Shown: piece by piece, positions 1-7,781 of the stretch | Numbering within the stretch: the first letter of the stretch is position 1 | How the letters are laid out: each line of letters begins with the position of its first letter | Assembly: GCA_036351155.1 (NCBI GenBank) | Contig: JAZBOO010000273.1 | Coordinates: forward strand, 1-23,122 | Direction: 5' to 3' | Length of the DNA: 23,122 nt | From: Candidatus Krumholzibacteriia bacterium | Lineage (GTDB): Bacteria; Krumholzibacteriota; Krumholzibacteriia; LZORAL124-64-63 | Notes under the pieces: model-generated | Told to the model about the DNA's origin: nothing | The model's input: the letters and a program-made list of their open reading frames with translations, nothing else | Databases searched by the model: none | Translations under genes and position numbers: made by a program

Positions 1-151
1 CCGGGTTCATGGTCATGATGCGCAGATCGGGGTCCAGGGCCAGGATGCCCTCGTTCAGGGCGGTGATGATGGAAAGGACACTGCCCGGCTGGACCTGGGT
101 CAACAGGCGGGCGATGGAGATATCGCGCGCAGGGGGCGGAGATCCAGGCAT
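1..151 (-). CDS. 5' part of a PAS-domain protein, probably a sigma54-dependent enhancer-binding regulator or sensor; runs off the window edge
   Basis: Manual translation from ATG at 151: MPGSPPPARDISIARLLTQVQPGSVLSIITALNEGILALDPDLRIMTMNP. 'IITALNEGILALDPDLRIMTMNP' matches the start of a PAS fold. SD GGGAGG lies 5 nt upstream. Not in the supplied ORF track. Confidence 0.7.
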   Translation of the reverse strand, partial: MPGSPPPARDISIARLLTQVQPGSVLSIITALNEGILALDPDLRIMTMNP

Positions 152-171
152 GACAACCTCCCGAAAAAGAC

Positions 172-218
172 TGTTGCGTTCAACACTATTGTTGCAACGC
201 TTTCGTTGAAAATCAACA
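172..218. promoter_or_regulatory. Cluster of GTTG/CAAC inverted repeats; candidate upstream activator sites
   Basis: TGTTG-N4-CAACA (172-185), GTTGCAAC (191-198) and GTTGA-N3-TCAAC (205-217) in an AT-rich spacer about 100-140 bp upstream of a -24/-12 element. Confidence 0.45.
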
Positions 219-313
219 TAGTCAAATAATTGGCAGGTGGCAACAACTATCAATGGTAATACAACTCTTTGTACCTGTGTATCTTAACAATGCGTTGAGT
301 GATTTATACTTTA

Positions 314-329
314 TGGCACGGCTTGTGCT
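314..329 (+). promoter_or_regulatory. sigma54 (RpoN) -24/-12 promoter for trxA
   Basis: TGGCACG-GCTT-GTGCT has exact GG-N10-GC spacing and closely matches TGGCACG-N4-TTGCW. An IHF-like site (ACTCAA-CGCA-TTG, minus strand, 288-300) lies just upstream. Confidence 0.7.
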
Positions 330-397
330 TTCAGAGTGCATATTGTGGCAAGCAACGGGGGCAACCCGCCTCCTCACCGAAACAAAGGATGAATATC

Positions 398-715
398 ATG
401 GCGATGGAATTCAACAAAAGTAACTTCGATGCCGAGGTCGTGAAGAGTGACAAGCCCGTGCTGGTGGACTTCTGGGCTCCCTGGTGCGGCCCCTGCAAGA
501 TGATCGGCCCCATCATCGAGGAACTGGCCACCGAGTTCGAAGGTAAGGCCAAGGTGGGTAAGGTCAACGTGGACGACAACCAGGATCTGGCCGGTAGCTT
601 CGGCATCCGCGGGATTCCCACGGTGATGCTGTTCAAGGACGGCCAGGTGCTCAACCAGTTCGTGGGCCTGAAGTCCAAGGAAGAGCTGACCACCGCGCTG
701 AACGACGCCCTGTAG
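398..715 (+). CDS. trxA: Thioredoxin
   Basis: VLVDFWAPWCGPCK active site and GIRGIPT motif; 105 aa from ATG 398 with an AAAGGA SD. Confidence 0.96.
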   Translation: MAMEFNKSNFDAEVVKSDKPVLVDFWAPWCGPCKMIGPIIEELATEFEGKAKVGKVNVDDNQDLAGSFGIRGIPTVMLFKDGQVLNQFVGLKSKEELTTALNDAL

Positions 716-738
716 ACCTGAATACTCCGGGCTTTGAG

Positions 739-773
739 AAAGCGCCGACCACCTGTGTGGTCGGCGCTTTTTT
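739..773 (+). terminator. Intrinsic terminator after trxA
   Basis: Perfect 14-bp stem AAAGCGCCGACCAC / GTGGTCGGCGCTTT with a 4-nt loop and a T-run. Confidence 0.88.
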
Positions 774-856
774 CGTCCGGAACTTGCCCCGAAGGCCCGG
801 CGGCATGACATTCTCAGGCATGGAAACGCCCGAACCTGAACCTGCGAGGATGCGCC

Positions 857-1804
857 ATGGCCAGCCTGTTCAACGGTGTGAAAAGAATCTTCAACCGGCA
901 CGAGAAGATGAACAACATCGTGTTCATCGTTCTGGACAGCTGCCGCCACGACGCCTACCAGGCCGCCACCACGCCCAACTTCGACCGCATCGGGAAAGCG
1001 CAGAAGCGCTACAGCTACGCCAGCTGGACCAGCCCCAGCCACTACACCTTTCTGATGGGCATGGTCCCCCACCAGAGCCCCAAGGGCGTGTTCGCCAGCG
1101 AGGTGTACCGTGAGGAGTTCACCACCTGGGGCCAGCGTCTGAATGTGCAAGATGTGGAGTTCGGCAAGTTCGTGCCCCAGCTGTCCCTGCCCTACTTTTT
1201 GAAGAGCCAGGGTTACCGCACCGAGGGCATTGTCAGCCTGCCGGTGCTCAATCCGATGACCAACCTGTCGGCTCACTTCGACCGCTATGAGCTGGCGCCC
1301 AGTCACAACGATCTGCGCGCCATCCTGGCCGGCACTCCCCAGGTGAGGAATACCGAGGGCAAGATCACCCAGCGCGGCTTCCCCGAGCTGACCTTCGACG
1401 ACGACAAGCCCGGCTTCTACTTCATCAACACCGGCGAAACCCACTACCCCTACATCCTGCCCGGCGAAACCGCCGAGGACCTCCCCCACATCAGCGGGGT
1501 GCACGGGGTGTTCAAGCACCTGGACGAGTTCCTGAAGAATCCCTCGCAGATCCTGGAGAACAAGAAGCAGGACGAATTCTTCACCCCCCAGCAGTTCCGC
1601 GCTTTCTACGAGAAGCAGATTGCCTGCGTGGAGCATTGCGACAAGGTGGTGGGCGAGTTCATGAACCGCTGCCCCAGCAACACCTGGTTCATGGTCATGA
1701 GCGATCACGGGGAACTGTTCGGCGAAGAGGGCTACTTCGGGCACGGGCCCATTTTCCACGAGAAGGTTTTCGAGGTGTTCTTCCTCGAGGGGATGCTGCC
1801 CTGA
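857..1804 (+). CDS. Alkaline phosphatase superfamily (sulfatase-like) hydrolase/transferase
   Basis: NIVFIVLDSCRHD, SWTSPSH, ETHYPY and MSDHGELFGEEGYFGHG motifs. Confidence 0.82.
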   Translation: MASLFNGVKRIFNRHEKMNNIVFIVLDSCRHDAYQAATTPNFDRIGKAQKRYSYASWTSPSHYTFLMGMVPHQSPKGVFASEVYREEFTTWGQRLNVQDVEFGKFVPQLSLPYFLKSQGYRTEGIVSLPVLNPMTNLSAHFDRYELAPSHNDLRAILAGTPQVRNTEGKITQRGFPELTFDDDKPGFYFINTGETHYPYILPGETAEDLPHISGVHGVFKHLDEFLKNPSQILENKKQDEFFTPQQFRAFYEKQIACVEHCDKVVGEFMNRCPSNTWFMVMSDHGELFGEEGYFGHGPIFHEKVFEVFFLEGMLP

Positions 1805-1805
1805 C

Positions 1806-2690
1806 CTAGTGCCGGGCGACGATATACGGCGTGACCTGATCCAGCCGCTCCACCCGTGACAGAACATCATCCTGCCCCCGACCCCAGGCCAGCAGTGGAA
1901 TGGGGTTGGTGGTGTGCCGCTTGGTGGTCAGATCCTCGATGTTGCCGTGGTCACTGGTCAACAGCACCAGGGTGTCCTGCTGCAGATCTTCTTCCAGTTC
2001 GGTCAGCACGGCGGTCAAGAATTCATCGTACATCTCCAGCTGATGGCAGCATCGCGCCATATCCTGACTGTGGCCCGCCTTGTCGGTCTGGAAATACTCG
2101 TACAGGGTGAAGTCGTACTGGCGAGATTGCCGGGCCAGGGTGCGGCCCGCCTCGGCCGGAGTCAGCGACTTGACATCGAACTCCAGGTCGATCAGTTCCC
2201 GGTTGGTGAATTCCTGGTAAATGGAGCGGTCGGCATTCACGTCGCACAGGGTGAAGAACGGCAAGTGCGCCGCCAGATTGGCCACAGTGGTGGCCGAGAA
2301 CTGCAGCTGTCGTTCGCGCGGGAAGGTGAAAAAGCGGGGCCGGAACGCGTTGAGAAAACGGGCCTGAAAGCCGCGGTCGGTCAGCTGCTTGAGAACGGAA
2401 GATTCCAGCAGGATTTCACGCAGCGCGTCGTTGGGAAAACCCGTCAGGTGCTTGCCCAGATGAGCCTGGCTGTTGACGCCCGAAAGCAGCGTGGTCTGGC
2501 CGGTGGCGCTCTGAGGCACGCCCTCGACACCCAGCACGGCATCGATGGCGCGGCCCTTGCCGCCGAAAGGAAGGTCCAGTTTCGTTCCATCGAGCCGCAG
2601 CAACTCACCGCCATAGGCAAACTGGGGATTGACCTGGGGATCGGCCTGGCCCAGGCCCAGACCATCAACGAACAGCAGGATGGTGCGCAT
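1806..2690 (-). CDS. Metalloenzyme-domain protein (AlkP superfamily; iPGM/phosphopentomutase-like catalytic core)
   Basis: LLFVDGLGLG, PQSATGQT, TDKAGH, TSDHGN and HTTNPIP motifs; start placed at MRTILL (2690). Confidence 0.8.
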   Translation of the reverse strand: MRTILLFVDGLGLGQADPQVNPQFAYGGELLRLDGTKLDLPFGGKGRAIDAVLGVEGVPQSATGQTTLLSGVNSQAHLGKHLTGFPNDALREILLESSVLKQLTDRGFQARFLNAFRPRFFTFPRERQLQFSATTVANLAAHLPFFTLCDVNADRSIYQEFTNRELIDLEFDVKSLTPAEAGRTLARQSRQYDFTLYEYFQTDKAGHSQDMARCCHQLEMYDEFLTAVLTELEEDLQQDTLVLLTSDHGNIEDLTTKRHTTNPIPLLAWGRGQDDVLSRVERLDQVTPYIVARH

Positions 2691-2756
2691 TTTCTGCGGT
2701 ACTTTCTTTTTTTGAATCCCTGGCAGCAATGATCCGACAGGGTAGCGAATTCCAGG

Positions 2757-3638
2757 TCAATCGACCAGCTTCGGTTGCTCCTCCGGAAAACGGAACTCCG
2801 CCCACACCGGGAAGTGATCGCTGGCCGTGTATTCGTCCGCGATGCCAGCCCGCTGCCATGCCAATCCCCGGAAAAAAAAGTGATCCAGCACCAGGGTGTG
2901 GTTAAAAAAGTCGAGCGCCCCGCCCAGGGCGGTTTTCCCCGCAGGCAAGCGGACCTGCCGGAACCGACGACCGCGCATGACCTGCCGCAGCTCCTTGATC
3001 TCCTGGCGCGACCCGGTGTTGAAGTCCCCGCCCACAATCACCGGCCAGCTCACCTGCCCCAGGCTGTCGGCCAGGACGGCGGCCTGCTTCAGACGATCGC
3101 TCAGGGGAATCACCGCCGTCGAAAGATGCACGCTCACCGCCCGGACCTTGCGCCCCTTGACCAGGACATCGGCGGCCACGGCGCGACGGCGGTTCTCGCT
3201 GAAGGGGTTGGGATAGGGCAACACCAGGTCGGCCTGCCCCGCGATGGGCCACCGGCTCAGGATGGCGTTGCCCCACAATCGGCCGTAGCGCGGGTGCCGG
3301 TAGGCCGGGCCGTAGACATAGTTCAAACCCAGTGCCCGGGCCATGAAATCCACACCTTCGAGGTCCATTTCCTGAAGCAGAAGGACATCGGCCGCACCCA
3401 GGTGCGGATCATTCATCAGCTGAGCGGTCACTTCCCGGGTGTTGCGGGCAAAGGCGATGTTGTAACTGACCACCAGCAGACTGTCGGGCGGTGATTCTGC
3501 CGCAGGAATCTTCTCCATGGCATACTGCCCCGAGAACAGTACGGGCGGGGCAGGTTCACCGGTGACAATGCAGCCGGTCATGCCGAGCAGAGCCATCATG
3601 CCCAGAATTATGCCGAGGGATCGCAGGGTGGTATTCAT
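2757..3638 (-). CDS. Endonuclease/exonuclease/phosphatase (EEP) family lipoprotein
   Basis: VVSYNI, LLQE, GNAILSR, GGDFN, LDHFF and SDHFPV motifs; N-terminal hydrophobic stretch ending in lipobox-like MTGC. Confidence 0.87.
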   Translation of the reverse strand: MNTTLRSLGIILGMMALLGMTGCIVTGEPAPPVLFSGQYAMEKIPAAESPPDSLLVVSYNIAFARNTREVTAQLMNDPHLGAADVLLLQEMDLEGVDFMARALGLNYVYGPAYRHPRYGRLWGNAILSRWPIAGQADLVLPYPNPFSENRRRAVAADVLVKGRKVRAVSVHLSTAVIPLSDRLKQAAVLADSLGQVSWPVIVGGDFNTGSRQEIKELRQVMRGRRFRQVRLPAGKTALGGALDFFNHTLVLDHFFFRGLAWQRAGIADEYTASDHFPVWAEFRFPEEQPKLVD

Positions 3639-3755
3639 GAGCGGATGATATGGCCTGCTCGCCCGGACACCAAGACCCGAGTAAAAAAGTCAGGACAGCC
3701 GGCCACCCGATTGTTAAAATTGCTCCAGCAGTTCCAATCAAAACGAGAGGCTCGC

Positions 3756-4592
3756 ATGACCGCCCCCGAATTACCTGTGATTTTCGTGGTTTCCGACGGC
3801 CGTGGCGAAACCTGTACCCAGTGGCTGCAAGCCGCCCTGGTGCAGTTTCCTCACGAAGAATTCGTCATGGAGAAGCGGGCCGACATTCGCACACCCGCCC
3901 AGGTGAACGAGATCATCCAGGACGCCGCCCGGCGCGAGGCCACGGTTTTCTACACCCTGGTCAGTCCCCAGACGCGTGAGGCCATGAAAGAGCGTTGCGA
4001 AAAGCTGCTGGTGCCCGCGGTCGATGTTCTGGGGCCGGCCTTCGGTGCCTTGCATGACCTGTTCCAGGCCGACCCGGCCGCCAAGCCCGGCCTGTTCTAC
4101 GCCAGCGATCGTGAACGTTTCGACCGCCAGGCCGCCATCGACTTCACCCTGAAACACGACGACGGCCAGCGGCCCCACGAGCTGGATCAGGCCGACATCA
4201 TCATCGTGGGGGTGTCCCGTTCCTCCAAGAGCACGACCTGCTTCTACCTGGCCTACCAGGGCATCAAGGCGGCGAACGTGCCGCTGGTGCCCGGCACTCC
4301 CCTGCTGCCCCAGCTGTTGCAGGTGGATCCTTCCCGGGTGGTGGGCTTGCGCATGAATGTGGCTCGACTGGTCACGGTGCGCCAGGCTCGCGCCACCCAC
4401 CTGGGGGGAGAACACACCGAGTACTACGTGGACAAGCGGGGTCTGGCCATGGAAGTGGCTCAGGCCAACCAGCTGATGAACGCCCATGGCTGGGCCAGCT
4501 TCGATGCCAGCTACATGGCGGTGGAAGAGGTCGCCCGCAAGGCCATGCGCCTGCGCGGCTGGCCGGGGGACGACCTCTCTGTTCCGGACTAG
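3756..4592 (+). CDS. ppsR: PEP synthase / pyruvate phosphate dikinase regulatory protein (kinase-pyrophosphorylase, DUF299)
   Basis: IFVVSDGRGET, AIDFTLKHDDG, DIIIVGVSRSSKST, ANVPLVP and AVEEVA motifs; ATG 3756 with a GAGAGG SD. Confidence 0.88.
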   Translation: MTAPELPVIFVVSDGRGETCTQWLQAALVQFPHEEFVMEKRADIRTPAQVNEIIQDAARREATVFYTLVSPQTREAMKERCEKLLVPAVDVLGPAFGALHDLFQADPAAKPGLFYASDRERFDRQAAIDFTLKHDDGQRPHELDQADIIIVGVSRSSKSTTCFYLAYQGIKAANVPLVPGTPLLPQLLQVDPSRVVGLRMNVARLVTVRQARATHLGGEHTEYYVDKRGLAMEVAQANQLMNAHGWASFDASYMAVEEVARKAMRLRGWPGDDLSVPD

Positions 4593-6325
4593 GCTGATTC
4601 CCGGCGACTCAATCCCACCCCGATTTCCGCCGCCGCGACCAATCGGCGAGCCTGATCCTGGACGTCGGCCACCACCGACAGGGTCGTGGGCCAGCGCCCG
4701 GCGCCCTTGCCCCGGACCACCACCGTCTCCTGGTCTTCGGTGGTCACCAGCAGGGCGTTCTCCTCCTTGCGGCAGCCGGCCAGCGGGTGGCCCACGGGAA
4801 GTGAGGCCAGTCTCACCCTGGCCGTCACCTGGCCATCCACCAATGCCGCTTCGGCCACCAGCTTGAGCAGCTTTCCCTCCCGCATGGTTTTCTGCACCAG
4901 AGCTGTCGTCGCGTTATCAAGGCCCTGGCGTTCGATCAATTCAGGCGGGACGGACCGGCCGAACGCCCGAGTGGCCAGCAACGACAGCTTGTACACACAG
5001 TCCCAGCCGCTGATATCCAGGAAGGGGTCGGCTTCGGCCATGCCCGCCAGCTGGGCCTCAGTCAGGGCCTCGTCCAGATTCAGCCCCTCGTGCATCCTAT
5101 CCAGGATGTAGTTACAGGTGCCGTTGATCACCCCTTCCAGCCTGGTCACGGTGCGGGTGGCGGCCAACCGGGACACCGTTTCCAGCGCCGGCACGCTGCC
5201 TCCTACACTGGCCGAACCCGCCACCAGGGACGCGCTGTGCGAGGCCAAAGTTTCCAGGAACGACGTGTCGTCAGCCAGCAGTTGCTTGTTCGCCGAAACC
5301 AGGGGAACGTTCCGGGCCCGACACGCCGCCCCCAGGTGGGCAGCCGTGTCCTGTCCGCCAATCAGTTCGACCACCAGGTCGGGATCACGGGCCAGCAGGC
5401 TTTCCGGATCACTGGCCAGCAATATTCCTGGAATGGTCTCGGTGCGGTGACGCTCGGGGTGCTTCACCAGAATCCCCACGATCTGGAAATCGTGCGGCAA
5501 ACACTCCAGCCAGCGCCGCACCCCTCCGCCGACCGTGCCCAGACCCGCCAGGGCCACTCGCAGGGGAGGTCGCCGGGGCACAGGTTCGAAGGCGCTGGGA
5601 ACCGGACCAGCCAGGGTGCCACCTCGAGTCCCACAACGTGCGATCCGAAATGACAGACCGCAGGCCGCCGCAAACTCCACCGCCTTGGGCTGGATCAAGG
5701 GGCCGCCCACCCGCAGACACTCATCGTAGTGAGCGGTGGCATAGCGGGTGCCATGGTCGAGGGTTCCGTCCTCCCTGACCTGCAGCAATCCGTCGACATC
5801 TTTCAGCAAGCGGCATTCCTGGGCTTGCAGTCCATGGGCCAGGAATAGCGCCGTCAAATCCGATCCCCCGCGCCCCAGCAGCGATGGTCGACCATCCCGG
5901 CGGCGGCCACTGAACCCGGGGACCACCACCACGGGAACCTCGGCCAAGGCGTGGTGAATCACTTCGGGCCGGAAGGTCAAGGGTTCGGCATCCAGGACGT
6001 GGTCACTGGTCACCAGGCCGATCTGCACCGGATCCAGAATGCGGGCGGGCACCCCCGTGGCATCCAGAGCCAGACCCAGCCGGGCCGCGGCCTGGGCTTC
6101 ACCGGTTTCCAGCAGACGTGCCAGGCTTTCCGGATCGGGTTCTCCCCAGATGGCCCGGGCCTCGGCCAAGAGGCGGTCCGTGGTGTCACCCACCGCCGAG
6201 ACCACCGCCACCACCTTGCGCCCCTGGCGCACCTCTCGGTAGATTTCCAGAACCGCGCTGGGAAAATCATCGGCACCGGCCAGCACCGAGCTCCCGAACT
6301 TGAGAACACAGATGGGGCTACGCAT
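4589..6325 (-). CDS. Compact bifunctional aspartokinase / homoserine dehydrogenase (MetL/ThrA-like, no ACT domains)
   Basis: N-terminal AK motifs: VLKFGSS, VVSAVGDTTD, LGRGGSDLTA, KDVDG. C-terminal HSDH motifs: GLGTVGGG, SANK, ASVGGSVP, GVINGTCNYIL, AEADP..D, GKGAG. Start overlaps the metB stop by 8 nt. Confidence 0.88.
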   Translation of the reverse strand: MRSPICVLKFGSSVLAGADDFPSAVLEIYREVRQGRKVVAVVSAVGDTTDRLLAEARAIWGEPDPESLARLLETGEAQAAARLGLALDATGVPARILDPVQIGLVTSDHVLDAEPLTFRPEVIHHALAEVPVVVVPGFSGRRRDGRPSLLGRGGSDLTALFLAHGLQAQECRLLKDVDGLLQVREDGTLDHGTRYATAHYDECLRVGGPLIQPKAVEFAAACGLSFRIARCGTRGGTLAGPVPSAFEPVPRRPPLRVALAGLGTVGGGVRRWLECLPHDFQIVGILVKHPERHRTETIPGILLASDPESLLARDPDLVVELIGGQDTAAHLGAACRARNVPLVSANKQLLADDTSFLETLASHSASLVAGSASVGGSVPALETVSRLAATRTVTRLEGVINGTCNYILDRMHEGLNLDEALTEAQLAGMAEADPFLDISGWDCVYKLSLLATRAFGRSVPPELIERQGLDNATTALVQKTMREGKLLKLVAEAALVDGQVTARVRLASLPVGHPLAGCRKEENALLVTTEDQETVVVRGKGAGRWPTTLSVVADVQDQARRLVAAAEIGVGLSRRESA

Positions 6326-7514
6326 GGGTCACCTCCCGATGGGCCTGAGCAATGGCCTGACGCAGATCTGCCAGGATCTCGTCCGGGTTTTCCAGGCCCA
6401 CCGACAGGCGGATCAGGCCGTCGGTTATCCCCAGTAACTGCCGGCGTTCCGGCGGCACCGAAGCGTGGGTCATGGAGGCATTGTGAGTCACCAGGGTCTC
6501 CACGGTGCCCAGGTTTTCGGCCGGAGTGCACAGCTTGAGGGCACCCAGGGCCGTGATGGCCGCATTCAAACCGCCCTCCAGTTCGAAAACCACCAGCCCG
6601 CCCCCGGCAGCTTGCTGACCGGCCGCCAGGTCCTTCTGTGGGAACGAATCCAGTTCGGGGTGCCGCACCCAGTTGATGTGCGGATCATTCTCCAGTGTCC
6701 GGGCGATCTCCAGCGCGTGCCGCGACTGGGTGTACAGCCGCAACGGCAGGGTTTTCAACCCCTGCAGGGTCAGCCAGGCGTTGTGGGGCGTCTGGATGGT
6801 GCCCAGGCATTTGCGCAGATAGACCAGCTTTTCCCGCAGGGCCTCGTTCCGGGTGCACACGGCGCCCCCCACGGTGGCATTGTGCCCATCGATGTACTTG
6901 GTGGTGGAATAGAGGGTGAAATCGGCCCCGTCATCCAGCGGGCGTTGCAGCACGGGGGTCAGGAAGGTGTTGTCCACCACCGACAGAATTCCCGCTTCCC
7001 TGGCCAGTGCACAGTTGGCCGCCACATCGGTGATTTTCAAGGTGGGATTGGCCGGAGACTCAAGCAGCAGAACCTTTGTTTCCGGACGCAGCGCGGCCCG
7101 GGTGACCGCCGGATCCGAGGTGTCCACGAAGCTGCTGGTCACCCCCAGGTCTTCCAGAACTTCGCGGAAAAACCGGAAAGTCCCCCCGTACACCACATCG
7201 GAACACACCACATGATCGCCGGCCTTGAGCAAGGCCAGGAACAGGGTGGTCACCGCGGACATTCCCGTCGAAAAAGTGACGGCCGGAAGGCAATTCTCCA
7301 GATCACCCAGGCGGGATTCCAGGACGGCCACGGTGGGATTCTCCACCCGACTGTAGCTGTAGGCCTGATCCTGGCCGACCTGACGTTTGCGGAAAGTGGT
7401 GGTCTGGTAAAGGGGGGGCAAAATCGCACCGTGAGTGGGATCGGCTTCGACTCCGCCGCGAATGCAGGCGGTGGAAAACTGAAGGGTCGAGCTGTAATCG
7501 TTCAAGCGTGACAT
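6318..7514 (-). CDS. metB: Cys/Met metabolism PLP-dependent enzyme, likely cystathionine gamma-synthase
   Basis: PPLYQTTTF, YSYSRVENPT, ESPANPTL, VVDNTF, STTKYIDGH (PLP lysine) and LIRLSVGLE motifs; AAGGAG SD at 7522-7527; coupled to AK-HSDH as in metBL. Confidence 0.82.
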   Translation of the reverse strand: MSRLNDYSSTLQFSTACIRGGVEADPTHGAILPPLYQTTTFRKRQVGQDQAYSYSRVENPTVAVLESRLGDLENCLPAVTFSTGMSAVTTLFLALLKAGDHVVCSDVVYGGTFRFFREVLEDLGVTSSFVDTSDPAVTRAALRPETKVLLLESPANPTLKITDVAANCALAREAGILSVVDNTFLTPVLQRPLDDGADFTLYSTTKYIDGHNATVGGAVCTRNEALREKLVYLRKCLGTIQTPHNAWLTLQGLKTLPLRLYTQSRHALEIARTLENDPHINWVRHPELDSFPQKDLAAGQQAAGGGLVVFELEGGLNAAITALGALKLCTPAENLGTVETLVTHNASMTHASVPPERRQLLGITDGLIRLSVGLENPDEILADLRQAIAQAHREVTHA

Positions 7515-7561
7515 GACGCATCTCCTTGTCCAGGGAAAGCCGGGGAATCCGGCATGGGCAC

Positions 7562-7592
7562 AAAAAAACCACCGCGGTTGTGGCCGGGTGGC
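7562..7592 (-). terminator. Attenuator terminator (3:4 hairpin) in the metB leader
   Basis: Minus strand GCCACCCGG-CCACAA-CCG(C)GGTGGT forms a 9-bp GC-rich stem with one bulge that runs into T7. It lies between the leader ORF and the metB SD. Confidence 0.85.
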
Positions 7593-7668
7593 GGTGCTTC
7601 CCTCAGGATGTCCGTCAGGTCAGGTCAGGAATAATCCTCCATGACGAACGCACCACGACCCGGCCACA
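7579..7668 (-). promoter_or_regulatory. Antiterminator (2:3) helix of the attenuator
   Basis: Leader segment TGTGGCCGGGTCGTGGTGCGTTC (7646-7668) is complementary to GAAGCACCGCCACCCGGCCACA (7579-7600), about 21 bp with 11 contiguous perfect pairs. It sequesters the terminator's 5' arm and most of its loop. Confidence 0.8.
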
Positions 7669-7732
7669 GCATGGCCATGGCCTCCATGGGCATTCGCATC
7701 ATGTTTTGTTGGTGATGTTGGACCAGGTCCAT
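7625..7732 (-). CDS. Met-rich leader (attenuator) peptide MDLVQHHQQNMMRMPMEAMAMLWPGRGAFVMEDYS
   Basis: 35 codons with ATG at positions 1, 11, 12, 14, 16, 19, 21 and 31. AAGGTG SD at 7743-7748. Lies between a sigma70 promoter and a terminator, directly upstream of metB. Confidence 0.8.
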   Translation of the reverse strand: MDLVQHHQQNMMRMPMEAMAMLWPGRGAFVMEDYS

Positions 7733-7781
7733 CGTATTCCCACACCTTGACTGGTAGTGCATTCCGAATGAATTGACGCGC

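Noticed and set aside
299..397. N-terminal extension of thioredoxin
   Set aside because: It overlaps the sigma54 promoter; the standard 105-aa protein starts at 398 with an SD.
374..1870. Long antisense ORFs here and at 6465-7511, 9258-10571, 13618-15090, 15632-17383 and 20228-21844
   Set aside because: Shadow frames of well-supported genes in GC-rich DNA, with no recognisable motifs.
7526..7750. His-rich plus-strand ORF (PQHGHGLHGHSHH)
   Set aside because: The CAT codons are the antisense mirror of the leader's ATG codons; no SD or supporting context.
7515..7780. SAM riboswitch, T-box or MetJ boxes upstream of metB
   Set aside because: I found no SAM-I core (ATC-AGAG...GCAACC...GTGC), no T-box AAGGTGGTACC motif and no tandem AGACGTCT Met boxes by eye. 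The leader ORF plus alternative helices explains the region better.
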